This document shows, in pieces, positions 42,321 through 52,450 of a stretch of DNA of 64,000 nt (the stretch's first letter is position 1; each line of letters opens with the position of its first letter). The notes beneath the pieces were generated by a model, which saw only the letters and a list, made by a program, of their open reading frames with translations, ran no database searches and was not told the origin of the DNA. The translations under genes and the position numbers were made by a program. Origin of the DNA: Candidatus Nomurabacteria bacterium GW2011_GWC2_42_20 (lineage in GTDB: Bacteria > Patescibacteriota > Minisyncoccia > Phycocordibacterales > UBA1550); the NCBI GenBank assembly GCA_000998425.1, contig LCDG01000001.1, positions 10,558 to 74,557 on the forward strand, given 5' to 3'.

Positions 42321-43448
42321 ATGAATTCAGGAAACATTTTCTCAAGACTTTTTTGGAACTATATCTACTCTGGGAGAGAGTGGACTCCCGTGCAGAGTAG
42401 GCAAGTTTCGTTCATCAATGGGTTTTCTATTATAGGTATTTCAAGCGCTGTTGGGTTTGGGCTATATCGTATTTACGTTGGCGAATATGTTCCTGGAGCT
42501 ATTGAAACATCTTTAGGTGTTATTGGTATAGTCAACACATGGTACTTACGCAAAAGCTTTAATGCAAACAGGGCGAGTGCGGTGCTCCTCTCAATAATGG
42601 CCGTGATGATTTCATTCCTATTTTTCAATGGTGGGATTGGAGGGACTGGTTTATATTGGGCGTTTACGTTTCCTGTTCTTACTTTTTTTCTTTTTGATGA
42701 TGAGCTAGGTCTTCGGTGGAATGCTGGACTCCTAATAATTTTAGGCTTAATTTCAATTGCGAAGGCCTTCGGGCTTATAGTGACTCCGTATGACTGGGTC
42801 ACTATACGGCAGGCTTTTTTTAGCTTCTCTGCGGTTGTTGGCTTGCTCTATTTCTATACAAAATTTACTGGTATTAATGCTCGTATTCTTGATGAAAGGA
42901 CAAAGAAAATAGAAGAAGAGTTTAAAAACCAAAAAGAGCAAATTGAATTAGTGGCACAGAACGTACAGAGAGCGCTTAAGGAAAAGATTGATGTATTTTT
43001 TGAGATCTCAGAAGATTTAATGTGTCTTGCAAGTATTGAGGGATATTTCCTTGAAATTAACCCAGCTTTTACAAGGACGCTAGGCTACACCCAAGAGGAG
43101 CTTTTGCACTCTCCTTACATTGACCTCGTCCATACCGAGGATAAAGAAAAAACACTACGAGCGATGGCGAGTCTTGGTGAAGGTAAACCTGTTGAAAATT
43201 TTACAAATCGCTATAAGCGAAAAGATGGTTCGTATACACACCTTTTGTGGAACGCCACGCCTCATAATAGTGTTGTTTATGCAACAGCTCGTCCAATTGA
43301 TAGTATAATAGAAAGCCAAGAGAAACTTCAAATAAGACTTGCAGAATTTGAAAAGCTTAATCGCCTTATGGTGGACCGCGAGCTTGCTATGGTTGAAATG
43401 AAGAAGGAACTACTTGCGGTGAAGGCAGAAAATCAAACGAAATTGTAG
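42321..43448 (+). CDS. membrane PAS-domain sensor lacking a catalytic output domain
   Basis: About 6 TM segments, PAS (NPAF..LGY..H.ED..KDG), terminal coil LMVDRELAM. Confidence 0.8.
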   Translation: MNSGNIFSRLFWNYIYSGREWTPVQSRQVSFINGFSIIGISSAVGFGLYRIYVGEYVPGAIETSLGVIGIVNTWYLRKSFNANRASAVLLSIMAVMISFLFFNGGIGGTGLYWAFTFPVLTFFLFDDELGLRWNAGLLIILGLISIAKAFGLIVTPYDWVTIRQAFFSFSAVVGLLYFYTKFTGINARILDERTKKIEEEFKNQKEQIELVAQNVQRALKEKIDVFFEISEDLMCLASIEGYFLEINPAFTRTLGYTQEELLHSPYIDLVHTEDKEKTLRAMASLGEGKPVENFTNRYKRKDGSYTHLLWNATPHNSVVYATARPIDSIIESQEKLQIRLAEFEKLNRLMVDRELAMVEMKKELLAVKAENQTKL

Positions 43449-43499
43449 AAATACTTGGCGTTTCTGGCGAAATAGGGTATGGTGTGAGGGCTTAATACT

Positions 43500-44972
43500 A
43501 TGGCACAAGGAGAAGTTATCGTACGATTCGAAAATGTATCGTTTGAATACGGGCACAATAAACCCATCTTAGATGATGTGTCTTTTGCTGTGCGTCGCGG
43601 GGCAAAACTTACACTGATGGGACAAAACGGCGCCGGCAAGTCCTCGCTCTTCGCGCTTATCACCGGAGCAAATAAGCCTGAAGACGGAGATATCCATATA
43701 GGGAAAGGTGTATCAATTGCTATATCAAAGCAGGTTGTTCCTCGCGATCAGCTTGAGCTCACTGTGAGGGAGTTTTTTGAAAAATGTTTTCCTAAAAAAA
43801 TATACGACCTCGACCCTAAAATAGACGATGTGCTTGAAGTAGTGAACTTGAAAGGACACGAAAAAATGCATGACCGAATCATCAAATCTTTTTCTGGTGG
43901 TCAGCAGGCGCGACTACTTCTTGCTTCGGCTCTCATTCAGGACCCCGATGTACTTCTTCTTGATGAACCGACCAACAATCTCGATAAGGCAGGGATTGCG
44001 CACCTCACTGATTTTCTTAAAGAGTATAAAAAAACAGTTATTGTTATTTCTCACGATGCCGAGTTTTTGAACTCGTTCACCGAAGGTGTGCTCTATTTAA
44101 ATATTTATACACGCAAAATTGAAAATTATGTTGGTGACTATTTTGCAGTTGTAAAACAAATCACCGCGCAGATTGAAAAAGAAAACATGAAGAACGCGCA
44201 ACTTGCAAAAGAGATTCAAGCAAACAAGGACAAAGCAAACTTTTTCGCGATGAAGGGAGGTCAAATGCGCATGGTGGCAAAGCGCATGCGCGAGAAGGTG
44301 GAGGAAATGGAAGAGGCAAAAGTGGATATTCGCAAGGAAGACAAAACGATTCGCGCATTTACTATTCCATCACAGCCCGAACTTACTGGGGAGCTTTTGA
44401 ACATCTCATCATTTTCTGTATTAAAAAATCACAAGCCAGTTGAAAAGAAAATAAAACTCTCACTCAAGAAAAAGTTTCATCTATTGCTTGCAGGACCAAA
44501 CGGAATCGGTAAATCTACACTTCTGGAATCAATTGCGACAGGGAATGCAAAAGGCGCAAAGATTGCCGAGGGTGTGCGGGTGGGCTACTATCGTCAGGAT
44601 TTTTCTACACTGGACTTTAGCGACACAGTGTACCAGTCGCTTGCTCGCGCGGCGCAGGCTGTGGATGGCAAGCTAGATGAAGAACGTATGCGCGCCGTTG
44701 CCGCAAGTTTCCTGATTACGTCTGATGTGATTTATACAAAGATTGGTAGTCTTTCAGAGGGGCAGAAGGGGCTTGTGGCCTTTGCTCAGCTTGTGCTTGA
44801 GAAACCAGGTTTACTAATTTTAGACGAACCAACAAACCATATCAACTTTCGCCATTTGCCAGTTATTGCAAAGGCTTTAGATCAATACGAAGGTGCGATG
44901 ATCCTCGTTTCTCATGTTCCTGAATTTGTGCATCAGATTCGAATTGATGAGGTGCTGGATTTGGATAAGTAG
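43500..44972 (+). CDS. ABC-F family ATPase
   Basis: Two ABC domains (GQNGAGKS, GPNGIGKS; LDEPTN twice), no TM segments. Confidence 0.92.
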   Translation: MAQGEVIVRFENVSFEYGHNKPILDDVSFAVRRGAKLTLMGQNGAGKSSLFALITGANKPEDGDIHIGKGVSIAISKQVVPRDQLELTVREFFEKCFPKKIYDLDPKIDDVLEVVNLKGHEKMHDRIIKSFSGGQQARLLLASALIQDPDVLLLDEPTNNLDKAGIAHLTDFLKEYKKTVIVISHDAEFLNSFTEGVLYLNIYTRKIENYVGDYFAVVKQITAQIEKENMKNAQLAKEIQANKDKANFFAMKGGQMRMVAKRMREKVEEMEEAKVDIRKEDKTIRAFTIPSQPELTGELLNISSFSVLKNHKPVEKKIKLSLKKKFHLLLAGPNGIGKSTLLESIATGNAKGAKIAEGVRVGYYRQDFSTLDFSDTVYQSLARAAQAVDGKLDEERMRAVAASFLITSDVIYTKIGSLSEGQKGLVAFAQLVLEKPGLLILDEPTNHINFRHLPVIAKALDQYEGAMILVSHVPEFVHQIRIDEVLDLDK

Positions 44973-45055
44973 AAAAGTCTTGAACTTTTTGAGCTTGCAA
45001 TTCTCTGTACATTTACATAGTATCAACGTAGATCATTCTTTAAAAGGAGAAAGTC

Positions 45056-45874
45056 ATGGAATTCTTTCCATTAGTAGGTGGTAAAAAGTTGCCAGAAGTC
45101 TATCATCTAGGCTTTAGTGGCACACATTTTCAGGTTTTTGTGACTCTTGAGTATTGGCTTAAATTTGTGAGTCTCACTGGAGCTGAAACGCACTATGCCT
45201 CACGTCATGGGCAGGAATACATATCACCGTCCATCTTTGGTGGCTCGTTTGGCTGGTATGGTTGCGCCAGAGTATCAAAGAGTCTCGATGATTTTGTATG
45301 TATCGAGGTTCCAGCGTTTGTTAATGAAAGCAATACTGTGGAGCCTGTTGCTCAAATGCGAGACCTTGGATCCACTCTTGCAAATATCTTCTTCATTTTG
45401 CAACATTTGATCTATGAGTATGATGAGCAAAACGTGGAAATGCAACAAGGATGCCATACGCAACTTTTTGTTGTAGAAACTTTTTTATCACGAGAACCAA
45501 CGCAGTTTCATGGTGCAGGGCTCGAGCTAGCTGTTTCTACACAGGCACGTAAGTATCTTGAAGGACTTGGTAGGCAGATTGAGCTTGAAAGAGCAATAGA
45601 AGCAATGAAGTCGCATTTTTTTATGCCTCATGTTGATGGGCAGCTTCAAGTCAGGTCTTGGCGTGGTGATTTTGTGGTACGGTTGCGTGATAATGGCGTA
45701 TTGCATATGAATACACGCGGTAATTGCGCATGTTTAGGGACTATGCCAAGAGATTTTGGCGACCGGGGCTGTCAACTTTCGAGTCATAATGTAGATACTG
45801 TCAAACAGCAATTCAACCTTCTTGTCGGGATTGCCTCAGTTTGGCAGATGGTTCGTGAGGGGTTGCATACATAA
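45056..45874 (+). CDS. hypothetical protein
   Basis: 272-aa ORF with AAGGAG SD; CAC..HN.D motif. Confidence 0.7.
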   Translation: MEFFPLVGGKKLPEVYHLGFSGTHFQVFVTLEYWLKFVSLTGAETHYASRHGQEYISPSIFGGSFGWYGCARVSKSLDDFVCIEVPAFVNESNTVEPVAQMRDLGSTLANIFFILQHLIYEYDEQNVEMQQGCHTQLFVVETFLSREPTQFHGAGLELAVSTQARKYLEGLGRQIELERAIEAMKSHFFMPHVDGQLQVRSWRGDFVVRLRDNGVLHMNTRGNCACLGTMPRDFGDRGCQLSSHNVDTVKQQFNLLVGIASVWQMVREGLHT

Positions 45875-45939
45875 TCACCTTGTTTTTAGTAAATTTAACC
45901 ACAGGCAACTAGTTGTCTGTGGTTTTTGTTTTTTGATGT

Positions 45940-46311
45940 ATGAGTTATACTGTTGAAATGGAAAAATTTCGTTTTGGGCATGCTAATAATAGTGACAGTC
46001 CCCAACACAATCTCCCCCTCGAAGAAACAAAGGTCCGATTAAGTGTGGATGAAATTAGGGGGCAACTTTCTATAACAAAACCAATCTTTGATACAGTTCT
46101 TAAAATGCTCAATGACGGTGACACAACTGACATAGAATATATTGCGACATATCAAAAGAACCTCATTAATTGGATGAATGCAATAAAAATAACAGAAGGC
46201 ACCATGAAAAGGGGGAATGAGGAAGTCTTTAATGAAGTAGAGAGGAGACTTTTTCTTATATCAGAAATAATCGAGAGGAATATACCAAATTTGACAAATA
46301 GTTCTAAATAG
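45940..46311 (+). CDS. hypothetical protein
   Basis: 123-aa ORF filling the gap. Confidence 0.55.
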   Translation: MSYTVEMEKFRFGHANNSDSPQHNLPLEETKVRLSVDEIRGQLSITKPIFDTVLKMLNDGDTTDIEYIATYQKNLINWMNAIKITEGTMKRGNEEVFNEVERRLFLISEIIERNIPNLTNSSK

Positions 46312-46319
46312 TATATACT
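46291..46319 (+). promoter_or_regulatory. near-consensus sigma70 promoter of the DEAD-box helicase
   Basis: TTGACA-17 nt-TATACT. Confidence 0.75.
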
Positions 46320-46473
46320 TGTTATAACTTCATCTCATAGAGTTTTTGTCTCGGGTTTTTCCCGAAAGGGGTTGTCCTAAAAGCACATTCTTCGCATCAC
46401 ACAGAGGCTTCAGAGAAATTAATGAAGAATTAATTATAGGTCTGTGAAAGCAGGTCTTTTAGAACAATACAAT

Positions 46474-47850
46474 ATGGAACAAAGAAAATCATTTAGTAGA
46501 AGCACAAGCTCTAGTGGTCTCCGTCCAAGACGCGAATCTTCTAATTCGTCACGTTCGAGTTCGTCATCAAGACCTCGCACTGGCGGTGCTTCAAGTGGAA
46601 CGTCGCGTTCGTACTCAAGCTCACGCCAAAAAACAGACGCAACATCAGCGCCTCGCGCATTTTCCTCACGCCCACCACTCGGTCGTACTTTTAATGCATC
46701 ACGCGGAGGCTCTAGTAGGGGCAGTGGTAAGCGTGGACCGCGAAAGGGTCAGCACATCGACATTTCAAGATTCATCAATAAAACTGTTATAACAGAAGAG
46801 GCAGTGGTTTTTACCCCTGAGCACTTGTTCAAGGATTTTATAATCGATGAGCGTTTGAAGGCAAACATTTTAACAAAGGGATACAATGAGCCGACACCGA
46901 TTCAGGACCGCGTTATTCCGCACATTTTGCATGGACACGACCTTGTTGGTATTGCAAATACTGGAACTGGTAAAACAGCCGCGTTTCTTATTCCGCTTAT
47001 CAACAAAGTCCTCGCAAATCCAAAGGAGAAAGTGATTGTGATGGCTCCAACACGCGAGCTTGCTCAGCAAATCGAAATGGAACTCAAGGGTTTTGTAAAA
47101 GGTTTCAAGATTTTCTCGGTGTGCTGTGTTGGCGGCGCAGCTATTGGTCGTCAGATTTCTGATCTCCGCTATCAGCATAATTTTATTATTGGCACACCAG
47201 GACGTATCAAGGATCTGATAGAACGCAAGTGTATCAACCTTGCTGATTTTAAATCAGTCGTCCTCGACGAGGCAGACAGAATGTTGGACATGGGTTTCAT
47301 TCATGACATGCGTTATATGCTTGCGCTCATGCCAAAGGAGCGCCACACACTATTTTTCTCTGCGACGCTTTCGCCTGAGATTGGGGCGCTTATCAAGGAC
47401 TTTTTAAAGGAGCCAGTGATGGTTTCTGTAAAGACTCAAGACACATCAAAGAATGTTGAGCAGGATGTCGTGAAGATAAAGTCAGGGGAGGATAAATTGG
47501 AAGTGCTCCACGACCTTTTGATTCAGCCAGAATTCAAAAAAGTTCTCATCTTCGGAAGAACGAAGCACGGCGTAGAAAAACTTGCAGTAGCACTAGGTAA
47601 AAAGGGTTTCAAGGCGCAGTCTATTCACGGTGATAAGAACCAGGGTCAGCGTCAGCGCGCGCTTGATACTTTCAAAAAAGGTATGGCACAGATTCTCGTG
47701 GCAACAGACGTTGCCGCACGCGGTCTCGACATTGCCGGTGTGTCGCATGTTATAAATTTCGACATTCCTGAAACCTATGATGATTACGTACACCGCATTG
47801 GTCGTACTGGTCGCGCAGGACAGAAGGGTAAAGCACTTACATTTATCTAA
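46474..47850 (+). CDS. DEAD-box RNA helicase with S/R-rich N-terminus
   Basis: PTPIQ, TGTGKT, PTRELA, DEAD, SAT, HRIGRTGR. Confidence 0.95.
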   Translation: MEQRKSFSRSTSSSGLRPRRESSNSSRSSSSSRPRTGGASSGTSRSYSSSRQKTDATSAPRAFSSRPPLGRTFNASRGGSSRGSGKRGPRKGQHIDISRFINKTVITEEAVVFTPEHLFKDFIIDERLKANILTKGYNEPTPIQDRVIPHILHGHDLVGIANTGTGKTAAFLIPLINKVLANPKEKVIVMAPTRELAQQIEMELKGFVKGFKIFSVCCVGGAAIGRQISDLRYQHNFIIGTPGRIKDLIERKCINLADFKSVVLDEADRMLDMGFIHDMRYMLALMPKERHTLFFSATLSPEIGALIKDFLKEPVMVSVKTQDTSKNVEQDVVKIKSGEDKLEVLHDLLIQPEFKKVLIFGRTKHGVEKLAVALGKKGFKAQSIHGDKNQGQRQRALDTFKKGMAQILVATDVAARGLDIAGVSHVINFDIPETYDDYVHRIGRTGRAGQKGKALTFI

Positions 47851-47851
47851 A

Positions 47852-47901
47852 AATAAAAACCAAAAACGCCCAGCAAATGCTGGGCGTTTTTGGTTTTTAT
47901 T
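47852..47901. terminator. bidirectional terminator, 24-bp perfect arms
   Basis: aataaaaaccaaaaacgcccagca-aa-tgctgggcgtttttggtttttatt. Confidence 0.85.
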
Positions 47902-49114
47902 GTCTTGGGGAATATACTGAGCCCTCTTGGTATTCCTCGAGCGGTTTTTTAGAGGTGAGAAGTCCGAGAATCATCAGGAGACTAGATGCAATAATAACAA
48001 AATATACGATGCCTTCGCTAAAAGCATCGAGTCTAAGCTGAATCGGGATACTGTAGAAAAGAATAATAGTTACAAGACCTCGCGGAGCAATAAAAAGTTC
48101 TGAAATAACATTTGTCTTGAGGATAAATCGTAGAAAGACATAACGTATGATGAGGATTGATACAACAATAAGCGAGCCTATTGTTGCTACGCCTTCATCC
48201 ACGATAAGCGCGAGATTTAGTGTGTAACCAAAAATAAGAAAAAAGAACGTTCGGACAAGGAATGCAGTTTCTGCGGTAATGAGTTTTAGGTCAGCAGAAA
48301 ATAGGCCGGCTTTCTGCCATGCTACCTGCCCAAAAGGAATACTCCTTAGGAGTTGCGTGTTGTTTATGATAAGACCAAAAACCATAATGAGAATAAGCGA
48401 TGGCAGGTGGAGGAGTTTCCCCACAGAGAAGAGAATGATTAGTAAGGAGAAAACTAAGAAGAACTTAACCTGTGCGTTTATGGACTGAATAAAGTATGTC
48501 AATATCAATGAAACGACGATAGAAACAATGATGCTCAATATAATGTCTGAAAAGAATCCGCCTACTGCAGCCCAGTCGACAACCGCTGTAGCAACAATAA
48601 AGTTAAAAAGGAGAATACCAAGGATGTCAGAAAAAGTAGATTCGTAAATAATAAATTCTTTTTTTTCTTCGGTAAAATCTATTACGCTTGGAATAGCGAT
48701 AGCACTACTGATGATCCCAAGTGGGATAGCGTAGACGATTGCGTTGCGAATAGGGATGTCGAGGAGTAGTATAAATATGAGAGAGATGACTCCAGCGGTC
48801 GTGAAAAAGATAACGATAGCAGAAATAAATGACTGACCAATGAGAGAGGCCTTGTCTTTGGTTATCTTGAGGTCAAGCACCCCCTCGAGAACGATTAAGA
48901 TAAGTCCTACTATGCCAAAAAACTGCAGCAGAGTCGTTGCTTGAATAAACGAATAGCCGACAGAGTCCCCAAAGTACCTCAGTCCAACTCCTGTACCAAG
49001 GAGGAGTAGAACAGAAGGAAACTTCAGTTTATTAGAGATGATATTGAATACATACGAAACAACCACCAGAAGTGCCAACACAATCAAGATTGAATATGGG
49101 TCGATTTCTAGCAT
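47897..49114 (-). CDS. cation:proton antiporter (CPA1-like)
   Basis: About 12 TM segments; SSAIAIP, ESTFSDILG, PRGL. Confidence 0.85.
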   Translation of the reverse strand: MLEIDPYSILIVLALLVVVSYVFNIISNKLKFPSVLLLLGTGVGLRYFGDSVGYSFIQATTLLQFFGIVGLILIVLEGVLDLKITKDKASLIGQSFISAIVIFFTTAGVISLIFILLLDIPIRNAIVYAIPLGIISSAIAIPSVIDFTEEKKEFIIYESTFSDILGILLFNFIVATAVVDWAAVGGFFSDIILSIIVSIVVSLILTYFIQSINAQVKFFLVFSLLIILFSVGKLLHLPSLILIMVFGLIINNTQLLRSIPFGQVAWQKAGLFSADLKLITAETAFLVRTFFFLIFGYTLNLALIVDEGVATIGSLIVVSILIIRYVFLRFILKTNVISELFIAPRGLVTIILFYSIPIQLRLDAFSEGIVYFVIIASSLLMILGLLTSKKPLEEYQEGSVYSPRQ

Positions 49115-49206
49115 TATGCAGATAATTATAGCATTGATTATCTAATTTTAGGCATATTTAGAATCCTAACAGTACTAGATTTTAGCTCCAAAAATGCTAA
49201 AGTGTC

Positions 49207-49236
49207 TGTAAGAATGGCACATTAAGGCCGTCTTCA
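49207..49236 (+). promoter_or_regulatory. putative autoregulatory ECF promoter
   Basis: TGTAAG-16 nt-CGTCTTCA just upstream of the ECF sigma gene. Confidence 0.7.
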
Positions 49237-49247
49237 CTGTTGTAGGC

Positions 49248-49766
49248 ATGAATCCAAATGCGCTTGAACAAGAATTCAATAAAATATATGAACAGTTTGC
49301 CGATGCGATATTTCGGCACTGCGTTTTTCGTGTGTCAGACCGTGAGAAGGCAAAAGATCTGACACAATTAGCGTTTGTACGCCTCTGGGATTACATGTCA
49401 CAAGATAAGGAAATAGACAATACTAGAGCATTTCTTTACCGTATTGCAAACAACCTTATTATTGATGAATATCGAAAAAAGAAGGAAATATCCCTTGATC
49501 AGATGCGTGACGAAGAAGGGTTTGACATTGGGTTTGACACAATGCACAGCATAGAGTCTCGTGACGAGTATGAGCATGCGCAAGCTCTTTTGGAGCAACT
49601 TCCAGACAAATATCGTGAAGCTCTCGTAATGCGGCACATTGATGGGCTCTCTGTAAAAGATATGGCAAGCATTCTTCATGAATCAGAAAATGTAATATCT
49701 GTACGTATTCATAGGGCAATAGAGAAACTCAAGACACTCTCACAAAATAATGGAAAACATAATTAA
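49248..49766 (+). CDS. ECF RNA polymerase sigma factor
   Basis: DLTQ.AF, FLYRIA.N.IID.YRK, LP..YRE, R.HRA. Confidence 0.93.
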   Translation: MNPNALEQEFNKIYEQFADAIFRHCVFRVSDREKAKDLTQLAFVRLWDYMSQDKEIDNTRAFLYRIANNLIIDEYRKKKEISLDQMRDEEGFDIGFDTMHSIESRDEYEHAQALLEQLPDKYREALVMRHIDGLSVKDMASILHESENVISVRIHRAIEKLKTLSQNNGKHN

Positions 49767-50865
49767 ACAACTAAAGAATGGATCGAAACACGCACGACTT
49801 TCTGCTTCAGAAAAAGCAGAGATAAAAAGCGCGCTTTTTCGCCATGTGAAAGCAAACCCAGTAAGTATTCCTCGCGCTATTCCATCACCTTTTAATATTA
49901 AATCACATTTCATCTTCGCTCGGACGTCGCGTGAAAGTGGTCTCTCCCGCACGCTCCTCGCTAGCCGAAATAAAAAGAGTATCTCAGTTTTGGTCCTTGG
50001 AGGACTTTTGATGGGGAGCTCGGTCTCTTTTGCGGCAGAGAACACTGTCCCAGGAGATACCCTGTTCCCAATAAAGATACATGTAAACGAGACGGTACGC
50101 GGAGCGGTAGCAGTAACTCAAAAAGAAAAGGCAGAATGGGAAATTCGACTTGTAGAGCGACGCCTCGAGGAATTTGAAAAGCTTGCTGTTACACAAAATG
50201 TGCCAGTAGAAGTACGGCAGATCGCAGAGCAGAATCTTGAGCACTATGCAGAGCGTGTGAAAAATCGTATAGCAAAATTTGAGAATGATGAAGACAGTGA
50301 GGATGCGCTAGGAACAGCCTCGTCATTTTCAGATGTACTCAATGATCACGAAAGATCTATTTCTGAATTGGAGGATAAAGATGGGGACGACGATTCAATT
50401 GGCGTAATATCAACAAGTACTCATCGCATAACAACTTTAGCTGACGACACTTCTCGTGTTGATAATAAGTCAATCAGGGACGCTGTTGAAAAAATTCGCG
50501 AGGTGCGTGGCGATGCAGAGAGAAAGCACAAAGATCTAAAAAAGAAGTATCATAGAGAAGATGTTAAGGAAAATGGCGCTGCTAGTGGTGATGAAGATTT
50601 TAATGATACTGTGCCAAGGTATATTCCACAAGATAAATCCATCAATCACTCGTCAACAATAACTAAAACAAGTGATGATGAAGTGGGAATAGAAGTAAGA
50701 GAAAAAACACGGAATGATGAAAATCGTATTGAGGAGGTCAGAAGTGTTCCTGTGCCTCCGTATAGTCCTACACATGATATTCCTACAGAAATCGAGTCAA
50801 TAAAATCTGCCATTAATTCTGGGAACGACGACGATGAAAGCCCAAATGAAGAAGAGCTCGATTAG
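49750..50865 (+). CDS. putative anti-sigma factor (DUF5667-like)
   Basis: Overlaps the sigma stop; one TM segment; PGD.L.PIK..E; RRL.E. Confidence 0.75.
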   Translation: MENIIKQLKNGSKHARLSASEKAEIKSALFRHVKANPVSIPRAIPSPFNIKSHFIFARTSRESGLSRTLLASRNKKSISVLVLGGLLMGSSVSFAAENTVPGDTLFPIKIHVNETVRGAVAVTQKEKAEWEIRLVERRLEEFEKLAVTQNVPVEVRQIAEQNLEHYAERVKNRIAKFENDEDSEDALGTASSFSDVLNDHERSISELEDKDGDDDSIGVISTSTHRITTLADDTSRVDNKSIRDAVEKIREVRGDAERKHKDLKKKYHREDVKENGAASGDEDFNDTVPRYIPQDKSINHSSTITKTSDDEVGIEVREKTRNDENRIEEVRSVPVPPYSPTHDIPTEIESIKSAINSGNDDDESPNEEELD

Positions 50866-50968
50866 GTCTATTGTTCTGAAAAAGTTATGCACACCTTTGC
50901 TTTTATTGGCGAAACATAGGTGTATACTATATTGTAAAGGTCGAGTAAAATATAAAACATTTTTCACC

Positions 50969-51190
50969 ATGAAAGCATTACATGTAATTTCGTTTATGCT
51001 CGTTATAGTAGGTGGTATAAACTGGGGGCTTGTTGGTATTAATCCAAGTTATAATCTTGTAACCATGTTACTTGGTAATTGGCCAGTAGTTGAACAGATT
51101 GTATATATTCTTGTTGGACTTTCGGCAATTTACATCGCCGTAACACATAAGGGGGATTGCAAGACATGTGAGGTTGGGGCAACAGCGTAG
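50969..51190 (+). CDS. DUF378 family membrane protein
   Basis: LVIVGGINWGLVG...YILVGLSA. Confidence 0.88.
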   Translation: MKALHVISFMLVIVGGINWGLVGINPSYNLVTMLLGNWPVVEQIVYILVGLSAIYIAVTHKGDCKTCEVGATA

Positions 51191-51370
51191 TTGCCAGTAA
51201 TGAGAAATGCACGTTGAGTGATCTCGTGCATTTTTCTTTTTTACCCACCTAACTTTTCTGTTTACGGTTGGATAGCTCCCATTGGATTTTTTTAAGTATG
51301 GCAAATTGAAGCAATGAAACATTGTTATGAAAAGTTGGGCGGGTGAAAAATATCCTATATAATGAATTGT

Positions 51371-52378
51371 ATGAGAGCGCTCTTGTTAATCATTTTTATA
51401 TTTTTTTCGTTTCCTGTATATGCAGCTTCGCAGCCACTAAAAAATGTTGGGTTTGTTCCTGCAAATATTTGGTTTTCAAAAGACCCATTTTTTGACGGAG
51501 AAAAAATCAGAATATACACGATTGTCTTCAATGGTAGTTCCTATGCCCTGGAAGGCACGGTTGAATTTTTGGACAATGGTGTGTTTATTGGAAAAACAAA
51601 TTTTTCTTTGTCATCTGGTGGTCGTGTGCGTGATATGTGGATCGATTGGGAGGCAACAAAGGGGAAGCATGCAATAACTGCGCGTATAGTTGGGGCAACA
51701 GCATCATCGTCTGGTGGTGCAAAAAGCTCAGTCATGCTCGATAATACAGAGACAGGGAAGAGTGTGCGCGATGTCGATATGGACAGCGATGGTGACGATA
51801 TCGGGGATAGAGACGATCTGGATGACGATGGTGACGGAATATCTGACGTTGATGAACTCAGAAATGGAACAGACCCTCTTAAAAAAGATACTGACGGTGA
51901 CGGAATATCTGATGATAAGGAGCTTGAGATTTTGCTAAAAGATAAGGCAGAAGCAGAGTTGATTTTAGATAGTGCGTCAACGTCAGTTGGCACTATTTTA
52001 CATACATTAAGGAAAATAGATGAAACTATTCCTGAACCAATAAAAACAGCTGCAATAACCAGTACAAATATTGTGGAGCGTTTTCGAGTCGAAGAAGGGT
52101 ACAAATTCGCTCTTGCAAAGGATAAAAAACTTCAAGAAATAAAGTTAACCAGCGAGAATAAGCAAAAAATACTTGCGCAGGAGAATAGCAAGAATAATGA
52201 AAATGATGTTATTGGCAACGTGTCAAATGCTACAAAAAAACCATTTGCATATGCAATGCTCGCGAGTCTTGCCGTACTTGAGTATACTTTTAAATGGAAG
52301 GTTGTATTTTATGGAATCCTACTTTATACAGCGTATCGTATGATTATGTGGCTTGTGCGTCGTGTGCGTGACAGGTAG
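51371..52378 (+). CDS. secreted/membrane protein with Ig-like and Ca-binding DxDGDG repeats
   Basis: Signal peptide; DSDGDD, DDDGDG, DTDGDG; C-terminal TM segment. Confidence 0.8.
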   Translation: MRALLLIIFIFFSFPVYAASQPLKNVGFVPANIWFSKDPFFDGEKIRIYTIVFNGSSYALEGTVEFLDNGVFIGKTNFSLSSGGRVRDMWIDWEATKGKHAITARIVGATASSSGGAKSSVMLDNTETGKSVRDVDMDSDGDDIGDRDDLDDDGDGISDVDELRNGTDPLKKDTDGDGISDDKELEILLKDKAEAELILDSASTSVGTILHTLRKIDETIPEPIKTAAITSTNIVERFRVEEGYKFALAKDKKLQEIKLTSENKQKILAQENSKNNENDVIGNVSNATKKPFAYAMLASLAVLEYTFKWKVVFYGILLYTAYRMIMWLVRRVRDR

Positions 52379-52444
52379 AGAAGCAGAAAATAAAAAGGTT
52401 CGCCAACGAGCTCGTTGGCGAACCTTTTTATTTTCTGCTTCTCT
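52377..52444. repeat. perfect 68-bp spacerless palindrome between convergent genes
   Basis: 34-bp arms centred on gag|ctc at 52410/52411. Confidence 0.9.
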
Positions 52445-52450
52445 TGTAAA

